Assembly (NCBI RefSeq): GCF_018977255.1 | Contig: NW_024704742.1 | Coordinates: 87,298,001-87,362,000 of the forward strand | Length of the DNA: 64,000 bases | Source: Callorhinchus milii | Lineage: Eukaryota | Reading direction: 5' to 3' | In this document: positions 27,909-40,893 of the stretch, in pieces | How positions within the stretch are numbered: the first letter of the stretch is position 1 | Layout: each line of letters starts with the position of its first letter | Position numbers and translations under genes: made by a program | Notes under the pieces: model-generated | What the model was told of the DNA's origin: nothing | Database searches by the model: none | What the model saw: only the letters and a program-made list of their open reading frames with translations

Positions 27909-29024
27909 TTATACAAATTGTAATCAAACTCAAATATAGTAATGAACAATGTAACAAAGTGTACTCAGCACTGTGCTTCCAGTTTGATATCGAACTGTCT
28001 TGAAGAAGGAAATGAAATGAAAGTTACGTGGATGTGTGGATAAATCTTAAAGGGTCACGGAAATCACAGGATGTTGCGCGAGTATTTTTCTTTGTGTGAA
28101 CACTATTTGAATCTCACTCTCCAGATCACTCCCCATACCTTTTTATGTACTGTTTCCCTTTTTTTTAGCATCTATCTGATTCCATTGAAAATAATTCATG
28201 GATTCTGCCTCAACAACACATTATTGTTAAACTTAGAACTTTGGCGCTTACAGATTCGAAACAATAAATGAGACTAACTCTTGACTTGTCTGAATTAGAA
28301 GTAGGTGTAAATCAGTGAATTCATCCCAATTTATCCTACATGGATCAGTTAAATGTAAGCCAAGAGACTACATCCTTAAAATCTTCAACTGGTTCATAGT
28401 CTGCTTTGAAAGTTTGGTTGAAATACTTAAATGGTTCAATTTCTACTTCTTTAGCAATAATGTAGATAACAATCTTGGGGTTAACAGTGTAGAATTCTTG
28501 CATCCTGTGTTGTGTTCTCTAGGGTGAGGTCTTTGAACAGTAACAACTAATTGTGCCCCTACCGATGATCCAGAAATAAATCTGAGCCTTGGCTTGCTGA
28601 AGACTAAGACACACACTGTAATACTTGTAAATATGAATAAGAAAACACTAGAATGGGATAAAATTGTCATGTTAATGCTCCGAGACACTTCCCCTGCATG
28701 AAAGGCACTATATTATAATGATATAGTTAAAATTATATAAACGCAAGTTGTTGTCATAGGATCATCTTCCTCATATAATAATAATCCTTGCATTTGATAT
28801 AACGGTTTTCACGTCTTCTAGATGTCTCAAAGCACTTCACAGAATATATTGTAAAGTGAATTGACTGTATAATTGTGGGCAAAACGCAGCAGCCAATTGG
28901 TATATAAAACACTGTTAGTGCAAAAGTAAGTTTTGTTTTATTCAAAGCGTGGAATATTTTGGAACTGAATCATACAGTATGATTGAAAAATCAATTGACT
29001 TCAGCATTCTTAAAAGCTTCTACT

Positions 29025-29365
29025 CTGGTGCTCAGTGGTAGCGCTCTCATCTCTAAGTCAGAAGGTTGTGGGTTCAAGTCCCACGTTGAGACTTGGAATC
29101 ACATTGTCTAAAATGACACTCCAATGTGGTGCTGAGGGTGTGCTACATTGTTGGAGGTGCTGTCCTTCAGATGATACGTTAAACCGAAGTCCCGTCTACC
29201 TATTCAGGTGGACATTAAAGATCCCATGATGTTATTCAAACAAAGAAGGGAGTTTTTACTGGTGTCCTGGACAACAATCCCCCAAATAAAATTGGTCACT
29301 CACTCCACGGTTGTTTGTGGGACATTGCTGGGTGCAACTGGCTGCTGTGTTTCGCCCACAAACTA
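29025..29365 (+). mobile_element. SacSINE1/DeuSINE-like element (other decayed copies at ~1355-1680-, 4245-4710-, 26725-27090+, 31030-31330+, 35790-36200+, 38130-38460+, 43550-43960-, 51975-52320+, 60685-60970+)
   Basis: tRNA-like head GTGGTAGCGCTCTC..CTAAGTCAGAAGGTTGTGGGTTCAAGTCCCAC; Deu-type core GATGA.ACGTTAAACCGA.GTCCCGTCT...AAAGATCCCATG (family assignment from memory). Confidence 0.75.
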
Positions 29366-32300
29366 CTTTTCTTGATGACATGCTCTCCTTCCCCTCCCCC
29401 ACCCCCACATCTGCTCTACTCTTGATGGAACAGTATGCGATAGGAAACTCTCAAGGCAGGGAGTTGTCAGCATAAACCCATATCTTGTTGTTTCATGTTG
29501 TGCTGGGCTACTTGGCAATAATGTATTTTAATGTTTGTGCAAGAAATGGATATAGAATAATTCTAAATGTGTTGGAAGGTCTCCTGTAAGATACTGCCTT
29601 CATTAAACAAACAACTAGTCTATGAACATGATATGCATTAAATCAAACCATCTCATCGAAGTTTTCTGATGCATAGTATACATTGGTAGTGGGGTGCCCA
29701 TTGGTTTTTGGACGTCCATTTGCCAAAGTTCCTGATATGAGGACCTGGATTAATCAGCTGATTTGTGGCACTGGACTTGAACATTCAGCCCATCAAGGTG
29801 GCTGTCATTGAACCGATTTGAGGAATATAACAACCCAGAGTAACTGAAGGGGGGATAAAAATATAATCCTTGTATTTGATTTAGCATTTCTCATATCAGA
29901 AGAGTGTCTCAAAGCACTTCATATGATTTACTTTAAAGAGTAATGAGTATTTTGTAGCTGAAAACAACATCCAGTTAGGTATTCAATAGTTAATTAGGTG
30001 ATTGGCGGATTGCGTTTCTGGGGATAATAATCCCTTCAAAAAAAAAATGATTTGGTCACTCAATCCATAGTTTGTAGTACACTGCTGTGCAAAATTGGCT
30101 GCCGTGTTTTGCCCATGTAATATACAGTCAATTCAGTTCACAATATATTACCCCACCGTTTGAAACTCCATCCCAAATTCCCTTCATTTCGCTCCCTCCC
30201 TTGCCTCCTTCAAGGCACATCTCAAAACCCTCCTCTTCGACCGAGCCTTCGCAACCCTCCTACCCTACCCTCCACCTTCCCCGAACCCAACCCCAGCTTG
30301 GGTCCAAATCCCTGACTATCCAGTGCCTTGGGACATCCTCCCAATGTGAAAGGCGCTATACAAATGTAATTTTATATTGTATTGTACACATACCAAATAG
30401 CTCCTGGATAATACACTAGTAATGGTCTGTTTTCATATCTAAGTAAGTACTATACTATCCAGTATATGTCCCGACACTGCCCACAGTTATGTGTAAATAA
30501 TAGGAACATTCAATTTAATTAACTTCAGACTGACTCTTCCAAATTGAATTGAATTTTCAGCAGCTTGATGGCTAAGTTAGTAAACTCACTGCTTAGATTG
30601 AATCACATACCAGTGTCTTCCGGAGAGGAAGGAGAACAGTATTTTTTAAAAAAACCTATCAAAGTGTGGGCGTGTGTAAAAGCAGGAAGCCAGTCAAAGT
30701 GAGGGCGGTCCTGATGTTGAAAGCATCCGATGTAGAAAGCAGGCCCAAACCCAATATGTCCATTACTCATCAAACAAAAGTAAAAGCACAGAAATATATA
30801 GCATGGAAGAAGGTCATTCAGCCCATTGAGTCTGTGCTGGCTCTGTGAAAGAGCAATTCATTTAGCTCCATTGACCTTTTCCCCAAATCTCTACAAATTA
30901 CTGCCTTTTAGATAACTGTCTAGATCCCTCTTAAAACCTAATATGAATGTTGCCTCAACCACCACATCCAACAGGGCATTCCACTTTCCACATCCCAACA
31001 AGTCCGTGTAAGAATAATTCCACCTAAACTCATGTCGGAGGTGCCATCCTTTACGATTGAGACATTAAACTGAGGTCCCGTAGAACTACTCAAAAAGAGA
31101 AGGGAGTTTCTCCCGGTGTCCTGGCCAACAATGCCCCAGATAAAATGGATCATTCATTTGTCCATTGCTCATCAAACAAAAGTAAAAGCTGTTTGTGAGA
31201 TACTACTGTGCACAAATTGACTGCCAATTTATCTACAAAGTTCACAGTGACACACTTAACAGTATAAACCTGTGAAGCACTTTGAAATGTCTTCCTGACA
31301 AGAAAGGTGCTATATCAATTGTGAGTATTCTATTTAAATTGATGCCCTCTAGTCACAAATAAAACTTAGTCACTGCAAGTGAGAAGTAGCCATAGTCTAA
31401 TAAATCTGCCCTTGTCTAAATATGGGCCAAATATTGTTTTGCATTTGCAAAATCAGTTTTCAATTCAAGGACATTCTTAATTTTAATAAAAATAAAGTTG
31501 TATTCTGTTGTATAATGTCACACATACTCCATTATGTTGATGCAAAGAACCAGCACAGATTGCCAGTCTCTCTCCCTCTCTCTCTCCTTGCATCAGTGTA
31601 GAAAGTGTTCTGCAACAGAGATCGTAATGTCCCTGATACTTTGGGTTATTTTGTGCAGGCTCCCGTAGCCTGTACAGGAGTGATAAGAACTGTTTAATAC
31701 TGATGCAGCAAAAAAGCTCAGCGCCATAGCTTACCACGTGGTGTGATGCCAATCTTGCCAGGTCACCACGGATCTTGTAATGTGGGCGGTAAAATCTGTG
31801 AGTGATGCATTGCAGGCCCATTTGCACCCACTTCCTAGCATCTAGTGCCGACATGAGGTTGCCAAACATCTCTGAACTTATCATGGGTCTCGCAAGTGTA
31901 AAGCATTTATAATCAGGATTAAAGGGCAACAGAGTGAGGGACAATATGGTGTAGGTTGCAGATCAATACTCGGTGTGTTTCCAGTTTTGCCTGTACTGCT
32001 CAGGTTAAAGGCTAAAGGGGAACTTCCCATGCTGCAAATTAGTTGGTGACTAATGATGACAGACAGAATGTGAATTTTTGCAGAATTTTTGGGGAGAAAA
32101 ATGCAACACGTGCTGTAATTTGCCTGAAGAAATCCATCAGTGTTTCAGTTGTTGTCCCATCCCAAAGCTGGCTCTGAGGATCATTGATGTTACTGCCAGT
32201 GTCCGGGTTCCCATCTTATCTTAATTTGTACTTTTAAAGCCACCAAAAAGATGGAATTTTTAACATTCTGATAATAGCATTTGTCATCATTGCCTCATCA

Positions 32301-33060
32301 GGTCATTTTTTCAGCCCATTATTTTAGTGCTGGTTTTGTTGGAAAATTACTTATTTTACTGATTTTGGTAAAAGGGGTAGTCATTCTAACAGTAACCCTA
32401 CCCCTCACTACAACCACCACCATTGTACACTTGCTTGTGAGTCACTCAAATATATTGTCACTACACTTTACCAAAAAAAAAGCACTTGGAGATGTTTCAA
32501 CGTGATAATGATAATAATCCTTGCATTTGATATAGCGCCTTATCACATTGTTGAGACATCTCAAAGCGCTACACAGAATATATTGTAAAGGGAATTGATT
32601 GTGTATTTTGTGGGTGAAACGCGCCAGCCGATTGGGCACAGCAGTGTCCCACAAACAGCCGTGGATTGAATGATCGAATTCTTATTTTTTTAAGGGTTTA
32701 TTACCCCGGGAAAGCGATCCACCAATCGAATAACAACCGGGTTTCTACTTATTGCTGGGTAAACAGAGGTGTGTGGAGTAAGGAAATTTGCCTAAGCTTT
32801 CACCCCGCCCAGAAAATGAACCTGGGTCCTCTTGCTTGCGAGACAAGTGAGGTAACCACTGCGCTACTGGACTTTACTGCTATATGTACTATAAAGTGCT
32901 GTATATACTATAGGTTGCTATATGTACAATTAGTATTATTATAGTACAGTAAATTTAGTTCATGTTTGATTTATGTAAAAGCTGCTTTTAAATGGGTAAG
33001 TTTCCCATTTACATCCTGAATACATATTAATCAGCGGTTCCTTCCCTTCATGTTCCGCAG

Positions 33061-33236
33061 CCTTCATTTTATGAACCGGTAGTGCCATTGGACTATGAAG
33101 ACTTCATGATGGCACATTTCAGCCTTACAGATTCTGAGCTCCAGCAGGACTTGGGGGACTTCCCGGATGATGACCTGGAGATTACTTTTGTTCCCAGAGA
33201 ATGTCATACGCTACAGCCTTCCATGCCAGAAGAAGG
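33061..33236 (+). CDS. DOCK8: DOCK8 exon 3 (PSFYEPVVPLDYEDFMMAHF...DLGDFPDDDLEITFVPRECHTLQPSMPEEG)
   Basis: ccgcag|...GG|gtaaag; 176 nt; LGDFxDDDL and TLQPSxPEEG match recalled DOCK8 better than DOCK6/7. Confidence 0.95.
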
Positions 33237-33920
33237 GTAAAGCAGCCATTCTCCAAATCTAGTCTTGTTTAATACACCAGTGCGATGATTCATGGACTGG
33301 ATGGACTAAACGGTCCCACCCTGATCCTCGGTTCCTATGTATTTCTATGTGACCAAGTAATACATGCATACTTATCGCATTGTGTGGCATTCTTTATCTG
33401 GTGATACACCAGCCAATGACTGAACACCCATCTCATCTCATCTTATCTCACCTTCAGCTCTCCTCTCGACTCTCTACCCCCTACTCGCTCCCTCCCTTCC
33501 CTCCCCTCACCTTGACCATTTCCCCCCTGCTCGGGTCCCGATCCAACTGTCCAGCGCCTTGGGACCTCTTCCCGACGTGAAAGGCGCTCTATAAATGCAA
33601 TCTTGTTGTTGTTGTTATTGTTCAGATGGTTGCATATGAACCTGAGCAAGTCTTCCTCAAACTGGCACTGATATCGTGGGCTGTGGGTTGTAGCAGCTCA
33701 GTGGGCACAACCATTTGAAGACAGTCAGGTGGTTCTGATCGGTAATACCCTAAACCAACTCACAAGGAAGTATGCAGTTGATACTCGTTGTCTAGCTGCT
33801 ACATGAAGACCACTTGGGCAGAGTACCAGAAGACTCCATTGCCTTCAGCATGGCTCAAAATTGTTTCTAAAGAGTTCACATGATCAAAGGCTGGGAACTA
33901 TTCTTGACAAAAGCCATTTA

Positions 33921-34160
33921 ATGTGTGTGTGTGTGTGTACCTTTGGGTATGTGTGTTTGTTTGTGTGGGTTTGTGTTTGAGTCTGTGGGGGTTTGTACGT
34001 TTGTGTGTGGGGGGGGGAGGGTGTGTGTGTGTGTTTGGGTCTGGGAGGGTTTTATATGTTTGTGTGTGAGGGGGGTAGGTTTGTTTGTGTGTGTGGGGGG
34101 AGGTTTATTTGTGTGTGGGTGTTTGTATGGATGTGTGTGTTTGTGGTGGGAGTTGGTGTT
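33921..34160. repeat. Degenerate (GT)-rich microsatellite / low-complexity tract
   Basis: Visible TG/TTTG/GGG iterations. Confidence 0.9.
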
Positions 34161-34634
34161 TTCACCTCCACTCTGTTCCTCTATTTGACTCTCCTCGACT
34201 TCTGTAGACTGTGAGCACCTCAAGGTGAAAGCTTGCTCTCTGAAACCTGCTCTTCCCACATACCACACCACAATGCCACCAGGGTGAAATATTATGTAAT
34301 TATGTTTGATCAACAAGCGGGCGCAGAATTACAACAGCAACGCTACCCATTTGAGAATCCGAGAAGGAGAATCTAGGATCCTTTATCCCAGTAGATGTGT
34401 TTAGAGGAATGATGACTATTTTCCACTGATGATTCTCAAACCGCACAGATCAAAGACAACTCCAGCCTCTTAACTTGCAATGATTCACTTCAATGTGATT
34501 CTTTTTAACTATTTTAAACTGTGTTTATAGCAGGTCCCGTTATATTTATGCATTTTGTAACAAATATTTTCATGAAGCAAGCTGGGACATTTTATAAGCA
34601 TTTTGTTAGCCTTTTTGTTTGCTTTTATTCCTAG

Positions 34635-34706
34635 GGTTGATCTAGATCCACATGTCCGAGACTGTGTTCAAACTTACACTCAGGAATGGCTCATCGTGAA
34701 CAGAAA
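34635..34706 (+). CDS. DOCK8: DOCK8 exon 4 ([24 protein letters not shown])
   Basis: ttcctag|...|gtaagt; 72 nt; [14 protein letters not shown] is DOCK8-type. Confidence 0.95.
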
Positions 34707-35149
34707 GTAAGTAACACAATACGTACCCATGATCTCTCTCATTTTATACACCTATTTGAAAGTGCCAGCATAGACAGAATAGGTTGAATGGTCTTTTTCT
34801 GTGCTATAATCTTAATGTGCTTTTCACTCTGAAAAAGCATTATTTGTGGATCATACCGTTCAGTATCCAAGTATAAGATAGCTGTACATCATACTCAAAA
34901 AGAACCTTCTTAGCGATATATATTTACCAGGGCATTTCCCCCACTTTTAACAAAAACATCATTTTGCTATATGCTTATTAGCTAACCACCAATGAGCATG
35001 AGTGAAATAGCCAGCCCATATTTCCTCTGAGTCCCCTAATGAGTCACGCTGTTATTCACACCCTGCATTTTGCATAGCCAGTGTGGAGTTGTCAACATCC
35101 TCAAGGCAAATTCATGTACAAGGTAACCCACAACTCATTTTTGATGACT

Positions 35150-35730
35150 ACAACAGCAACAACAAAACAGGAGGACGTCCCTAAGCACTGAATAGTCAAG
35201 GATCAGGACCTGAACGCGGGTGGGGGTGAGGCAGGGTTGGGATGAGGGAGGGCAGAGGGGGTAGGAGGGCGGCTGAAGTCACGGTCAAAAAGGAGGGTCT
35301 TGAGTCGTGCCTTGAAGGAGGCAAGAGAGGGAGCAAGGCAAAGGGATTGTGGGATGGAGTTCCAAAGAGTGGGAGCAGAGGCTGAAAGCCCGGCCACCGA
35401 TGGTTGGGCGGGAGAGCTGGAGCAGGCTGGAGCCTGCTGAGCGGAGGGAGCGGGCAGGTTAATTGGGGGTCAGCAGGTCAGAGATGTAGGAGGGGGCAAG
35501 GCCATGGAGGGTCTTGAAAGTGAGGACGAGGATTTTGAACTCTATCCACTGGGGGTATAGGGAGCCAGTGGAGCCGGGCGAGGGTTGGGGTAATGTTGTG
35601 ACAGAGCCTGGTGCAGGAGAGGCCACGAGCTGCAGACTTCTTGATCTGCAGCTTGTGGAGGGAAGAGTTGGGGAGGCTGACAAGGAGGGAGTTTCCGTAG
35701 TCGAGCCTTGAGATGATGAGTGCATGTATG
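35150..35730 (-). mobile_element. L2 LINE 3' fragment
   Basis: ORFs 35203..35397 and 35459..35734: IEFKILVLTFKTLHGLAPSY, APTLWNSIP. Confidence 0.85.
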
Positions 35731-36221
35731 ACATAGAAAATAGACTAATAGAAACACTGCATTATGGATTATTTCAGTGTCAATCTGCCATTTTAGTTGC
35801 ACTCTCGCCTCTGAGTCAGAAAGTTGTGGGTTCAAGTCTGAGCTCACATAGTTTAGGCTGACACTCCAAACTCAGTGCTGGGGGTTTATTGCATTGTTGG
35901 AGGTTCGGTCTTTTAGATGAAGTAATAAACTGAAATTCCACTGCCTATTCAGAATGAAGTTAAAGATCCCATGGCAGTATTTGAAAACAGAAGGGAGTTT
36001 CTCAGGTATCCTGGCTAACAGTCCTCCATATAAGTTTGACCCTTTACTTCAAGGCTGTTTGTGGGACATTTCTATTTGCAAATTGGCTGCCATGTTTGCC
36101 AACAAAACATACACTCACTGCACATTCCAGTAAATCCTGTGATGTTCTCCTCTCAACACGAAAAGCTCTATATCAAATGGAAGAATTATTATACTTATTG
36201 ATTCTAACGCCTGTTATTCAG

Positions 36222-36348
36222 GAACCAAGGTAGCAGTGGAACTTTGAACTCAAGCAGACCTGGATCAAGGAAAGATCTGCACAAAACTCTCCAGAAGCAA
36301 ATCTTCGAATCGGAGGAAACTGTTGATTTGTCCAGTCAAGAAATCAAG
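36222..36348 (+). CDS. DOCK8: DOCK8 exon 5 (NQGSSGTLNSSRPGSRKDLHKTLQKQIFESEETVDLSSQEIK)
   Basis: ttcag|...AAG|gtatct; 127 nt; frame continuous with exons 4 and 6. Confidence 0.93.
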
Positions 36349-37151
36349 GTATCTATTCATTTCATTCACTATGTTAGCCTTTCCTTCATGTCAATTGTCT
36401 GCCTCACTTCCTTTACTCTCTAATAAAGCCCACTTCGAAAAAGTGTACCATAATAAGAGTTGGTGATGTGTTTTTCTGCTGTTAAATGACATGTCCTCAA
36501 CCAATCTAAGGGCTTATTGCTGTCCTTTCCTTCACTTGTTTATAGTTTAAATTGTCCAAAACGCTACTGCACATGAAGGGGCCTATATAAACGCAACTTG
36601 TTGTTGTTATTGTTGTTTTTCAATGGTAGTGTCTGAAGATCCTCAAGTATCTATCCAGAGCTGACAGCCAGTGGCTTTTTTTTCTCCATCGTGTGTTTTT
36701 ATAGGGATGGTCTGGAGTTCAGCTTCTCATTTAAGTGCAGGAAGCTGGTTATGTCTGACTTCCAAGTGGCCAGGATAACACAGGAACAGTTCAAGGACCA
36801 CTTCCCTCTTTGCACAGCAAATAAGTTCCCCATTGGCCATTTTAGTGTAAATGCCAGCTGGCAAGCAGGTGTAATAGAATTCACATTATAAAGAAGTACG
36901 TTATAACAGGCCCGCATTGTAATTGAATTTCCTATTGAAACACATGATGATTACCGTTTACAATTGCTTTGTGATGAACCCCATTGCCATTGTTCTCCAG
37001 CCAGGTTTATATTGAGAAATAAAGATTGAAGGCCCTTGGTTAAGATGCTGGCCCACAGCTTTATAGAGCTCTGATCCAAGGGGCATACATCACTAAGGTA
37101 TTATATGGTTTTTAACATGGTTTGTAAAGCTGCAATGACTTATTTCCACAG

Positions 37152-37358
37152 GACAAATCCAGACCAACTCTATGTGGGCAACCTGGGCAGGGAACATTGA
37201 CGTCAACCGACTTTGACCTCCAGAGTCTGCAGCCGGAGCCCCGCCTCCAAAATGTCCTTCAGACCCTCAACCCTGAGGAGCTCGACAAACAAAACGAAGA
37301 GGCACGAAAAGCCGACAGACAAATGGAACTGTTTGCTCTCTTTCCATCAGCAGAGGAG
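37152..37358 (+). CDS. DOCK8: DOCK8 exon 6 (DKSRPTLCG...DFDLQSLQPEPRLQNVLQ...QNEEARKADRQMELFALFPSAEE)
   Basis: ccacag|...GAG|gtatga; 207 nt, phase 0-0. Confidence 0.95.
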
Positions 37359-37972
37359 GTATGACATTCATATTTCATACATGAGCAATTATAAAAACGG
37401 CACAATTCGCTCTTCCAATGGACTAGTGAGTAAAGGTGTAACATTAGGGTATACAGGTTCGGAAGTTGCAGGTTCAAATCCTAGTCCTCTTTTGTATTCA
37501 TTGATCTCAGTATTTAAGGTGCTACAGATGGTCTCAGCCCCACTGGGTTAGGAAAGATGAATTTATCCAGGGTTAATGCTCCCGATTGCTGGCTGGAGAC
37601 GATACTGGGAAATGTGGATGTGGCGCTGAGTGAGTAGGGCTTGCATTTGGCTGCAGTGCTCCCTGGTGTCAAACAATCTGCCAAGACTTACAGTCAAGTT
37701 TCTCACATGATTCTCATCATTTACACTTTTGCTTTCCAAAGTTAACTCACTATATCAAATGAAAGGATTATTATTATTATTGTTTTGTTCACAATGTTAC
37801 TTTCAACATGATTTACATTATTGACAGCTACCTTTGGCTGAAGACTTTTTGATGCCTTTGACTTGGTTAAAAAATGACACACAACTGGTGTACAAAGTGG
37901 TGTGTGCTGCACAGTTTTATAATGAGTCTGTTTATCAGAAAATACCTTAACGCTTCCCTTTCTGTTACTTAG

Positions 37973-38058
37973 GAGGATGCTGTGGAAATCCGTCCTGCTC
38001 CTGATTGTCCGAAGGAACACTTGGGTTACAGGATCCTTGTGAAATGCCAAACCATAAA
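37973..38058 (+). CDS. DOCK8: DOCK8 exon 7 (EDAVEIRPAPDCPKEHLGYRILVKCQTIK)
   Basis: acttag|...AA|gtaatt; 86 nt. Confidence 0.95.
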
Positions 38059-39293
38059 GTAATTTTACAATTGATCACCTAACTTCTTTCTGTTCAAGTT
38101 TTGGTTTCACTTTGAATCTGCCTGAAATGGGGTCTGACTCAGTTGAGTCAAAAGGCTGTAGGTTCAAAGCTCACTTTGGGGCTGATACTCCAATGCAGTC
38201 CGTTGCACGTGGGATGTACCATCCTTTGGATGAGACATTAAAGTGAGGTCCTGTCTGTTTATTCAGGTGGACGTTAAAGATCCCATGGCACTATTTGAAA
38301 AGAGTAGGGAGTTTCTCCCAGCGTCCTGATCAGCAATTCCCCAGATAAAATTGGTCATTCACTTCATTCCTGTACGCAAATTATCTGTAGCATTTGGGTA
38401 TAAAACACACAGTCACTACACTTTACAGTAAATCCTGACACGTACTCCCAACATGAAAGGCTCAAAAATATTATTTTATTGTTATTATTTGCAAAACCTA
38501 ACTGAGAGGTATCAAAAATAGTAACTGCTCAGCAGCACAAAAAAGTAAAGGTATTTATCAAGGACTAAATGTCTCTGATGAATCACTTGGCAGGTTGAAC
38601 GCTGGCGTGTTTAAACTGATCCTGAAGCGTGTGGATGCGCACTTTGTGCATTTGATATTGTAGTAATGTGATGTGCCTCTGTCTGCTCACGATGGCTTCA
38701 ATCAGTATGTCCTTTTCTTTTTAAACTCTCCATGGGATCCAGCAACTAGCTCCCCTCCCCTCACCACCCCCACCCCAGTTAATTATATTTGAAGAAAAGT
38801 TTGAATTATGACAATTATAATAATCCTTCCATTTTATACAAAATCTTGCACATCGGGAGGATTTCTCAAAGCGCTTCGCAGGATTTACTGTTGTGGATTT
38901 GTAGGTGAAAACAGCAGCTAATCTGTTTTCACCTACAAGTCAAACCACTTTACAGTATATCCTGTGAAGCGCTTTGAGATGTCTCAACTATGTGATAAGG
39001 CGCTATATCAAATGCAAGGATTATTATTATAAAAGTTTATTGCATAAAATGAATGCATTGACACTTTATAATTTGATGAGATAGTTTAACACGAGTAGTG
39101 ACTATAGTACCTCCCATTGATCTTTCACTGTATACTTGGAGCACATGCCGGCACTGGGTTTTCTAGTGGAGACTTGTCCTTATGGCTGCAAGGAATGTTT
39201 TAATATCTGTCTGCTTTAAAACTCATCACGCGTTGGAGTGTGCCAAAATGCAGCCCTTCTTGTAGCCCAATTCTTCGTTTCTTTATTTGACAG

Positions 39294-39360
39294 GTTTGAA
39301 ATTGAAGTGGAGCCAATGTTCGCCAGTTTAGCCCTGTATGACTTAAAAGAGAAGAAAAAG
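39294..39360 (+). CDS. DOCK8: DOCK8 exon 8 ([22 protein letters not shown])
   Basis: tgacag|...AAG|gtattt; 67 nt; DOCK-C family motif. Confidence 0.96.
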
Positions 39361-40532
39361 GTATTTTGTCACGTATATTTGTGATTAGTAAAGTGCACTT
39401 AAGTTATCTGAATATGTTACACCTCCTTGGGACATTTTCCCAACGTGAAAGGTGCCATACAAATGTAAGTTGTTTCATGTGCAATACATATGTATTTTGC
39501 AAATTCACAGACTGCCTTTGCTTATATACTTCAATGAAAGGCATGGGCAACTTTTTGGATTTTGTTTTAACATACACTGAGGCTGAAATGGAATTATTAA
39601 AGGAAACGGGATCACTAAGCAATTCTTAAAGAGCCACGTCAAGGCATAGTGTCGTCTTGTTAACCAAAAGCAGTGGATGATACAATCAGCAGTGGAATTA
39701 TTTCATTGTCCTGAAATCCTGTGTGCCTCTAGCAAATGTATTATGTGTTTTATTTTGTTTTACCTCTTATCTATCCATTTTAAGGGATATTCAAATAGTT
39801 TATCATTCATTGGCTTTATTTGTAGCCTTCGTTCTGCCTGTAGTCAATGGCTTCCATTGCTCTCTGGTGCTAGGAGATGTAGGAGACCATGCCGACATGT
39901 TCGTTCCTCTTCTCCCCCCTCACCCACCCCCGGGAGTTTTCTTAAAGTCTGCCTCTATTCAATGTAAGGATTATTATTGTTGTACAATATGATAGATTAT
40001 ATAATAGTATCATTATATAATATGATATATAATAGTGTTATATAATAATCAATGCAAGGATTAATATTATTACTCCATGCGACCGAGTTAGCACACTAAC
40101 TAACCCTCAAAGACCTTTGCCTTAACTGTAATAATAACAACGATTCCTAGAAAAATACTAACTAAATTCAGCAACCTGGCCACTCAGCAACTCAATTTCC
40201 GGAGCAGGAATGTCTGACTGTAGCCTCTCTGAAAATTCTTCCCTGCAATAATAATCCTCTCTTAGATCATAGAAACTAAAACACTGAAAAATTGCATGTT
40301 TAAGTGGGTTTGGAGTCCTCAGCATCGTTAGCCCAAATCCTTATCATTCTTAACCATCCAGTTTGAAAAAAGTGGCAGATCTATCCTGCAGAATGTTAGA
40401 ATGCAGAACAGTGCTGTACCGTGACCTAATTGAAATGGAATGGGTTAGCATACAACTTGGTCACCACTCTCAGGATGTGTTCTCAGTGGATTATGAATTC
40501 TAAATGTATTTTTTGTCATTATTTTTCTTCAG

Positions 40533-40682
40533 ATTTCAGAAAACTTTTACTGTGATTTGAACACTGACCAGATAAAAGCATTTCTTCGTCCACACACACC
40601 TCAAATCAAGACATCCAGTCTGGCCAGATCAGCTATCTTCTCCGTAACCTATCCCTCACCAGACATTTATCTGGTCATCAAG
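40533..40682 (+). CDS. DOCK8: DOCK8 exon 9 ([23 protein letters not shown]...[20 protein letters not shown])
   Basis: cttcag|...AAG|gtacag; 150 nt. Confidence 0.96.
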
Positions 40683-40861
40683 GTACAGTGCTCCTGTGTT
40701 TGTATGTGTGTGTGTGTGTGTTGTGTGTGTGAGTGAGTGAATGAGTGCATTTAAAAAGCTGCTTGATGGTGTGATAGGAGGATGATAGGATGATCCTATT
40801 CTGGAAGGATAGGATTAGATGGGTTAAAGGGGCTTCTTCATCCAGACCAATCTTGTGATTT

Positions 40862-40893
<32 letters not shown>

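Noticed and set aside
33918..34316. His/Thr- or Cys/Val-rich ORFs
   Set aside because: Translation of a (GT)n low-complexity tract.
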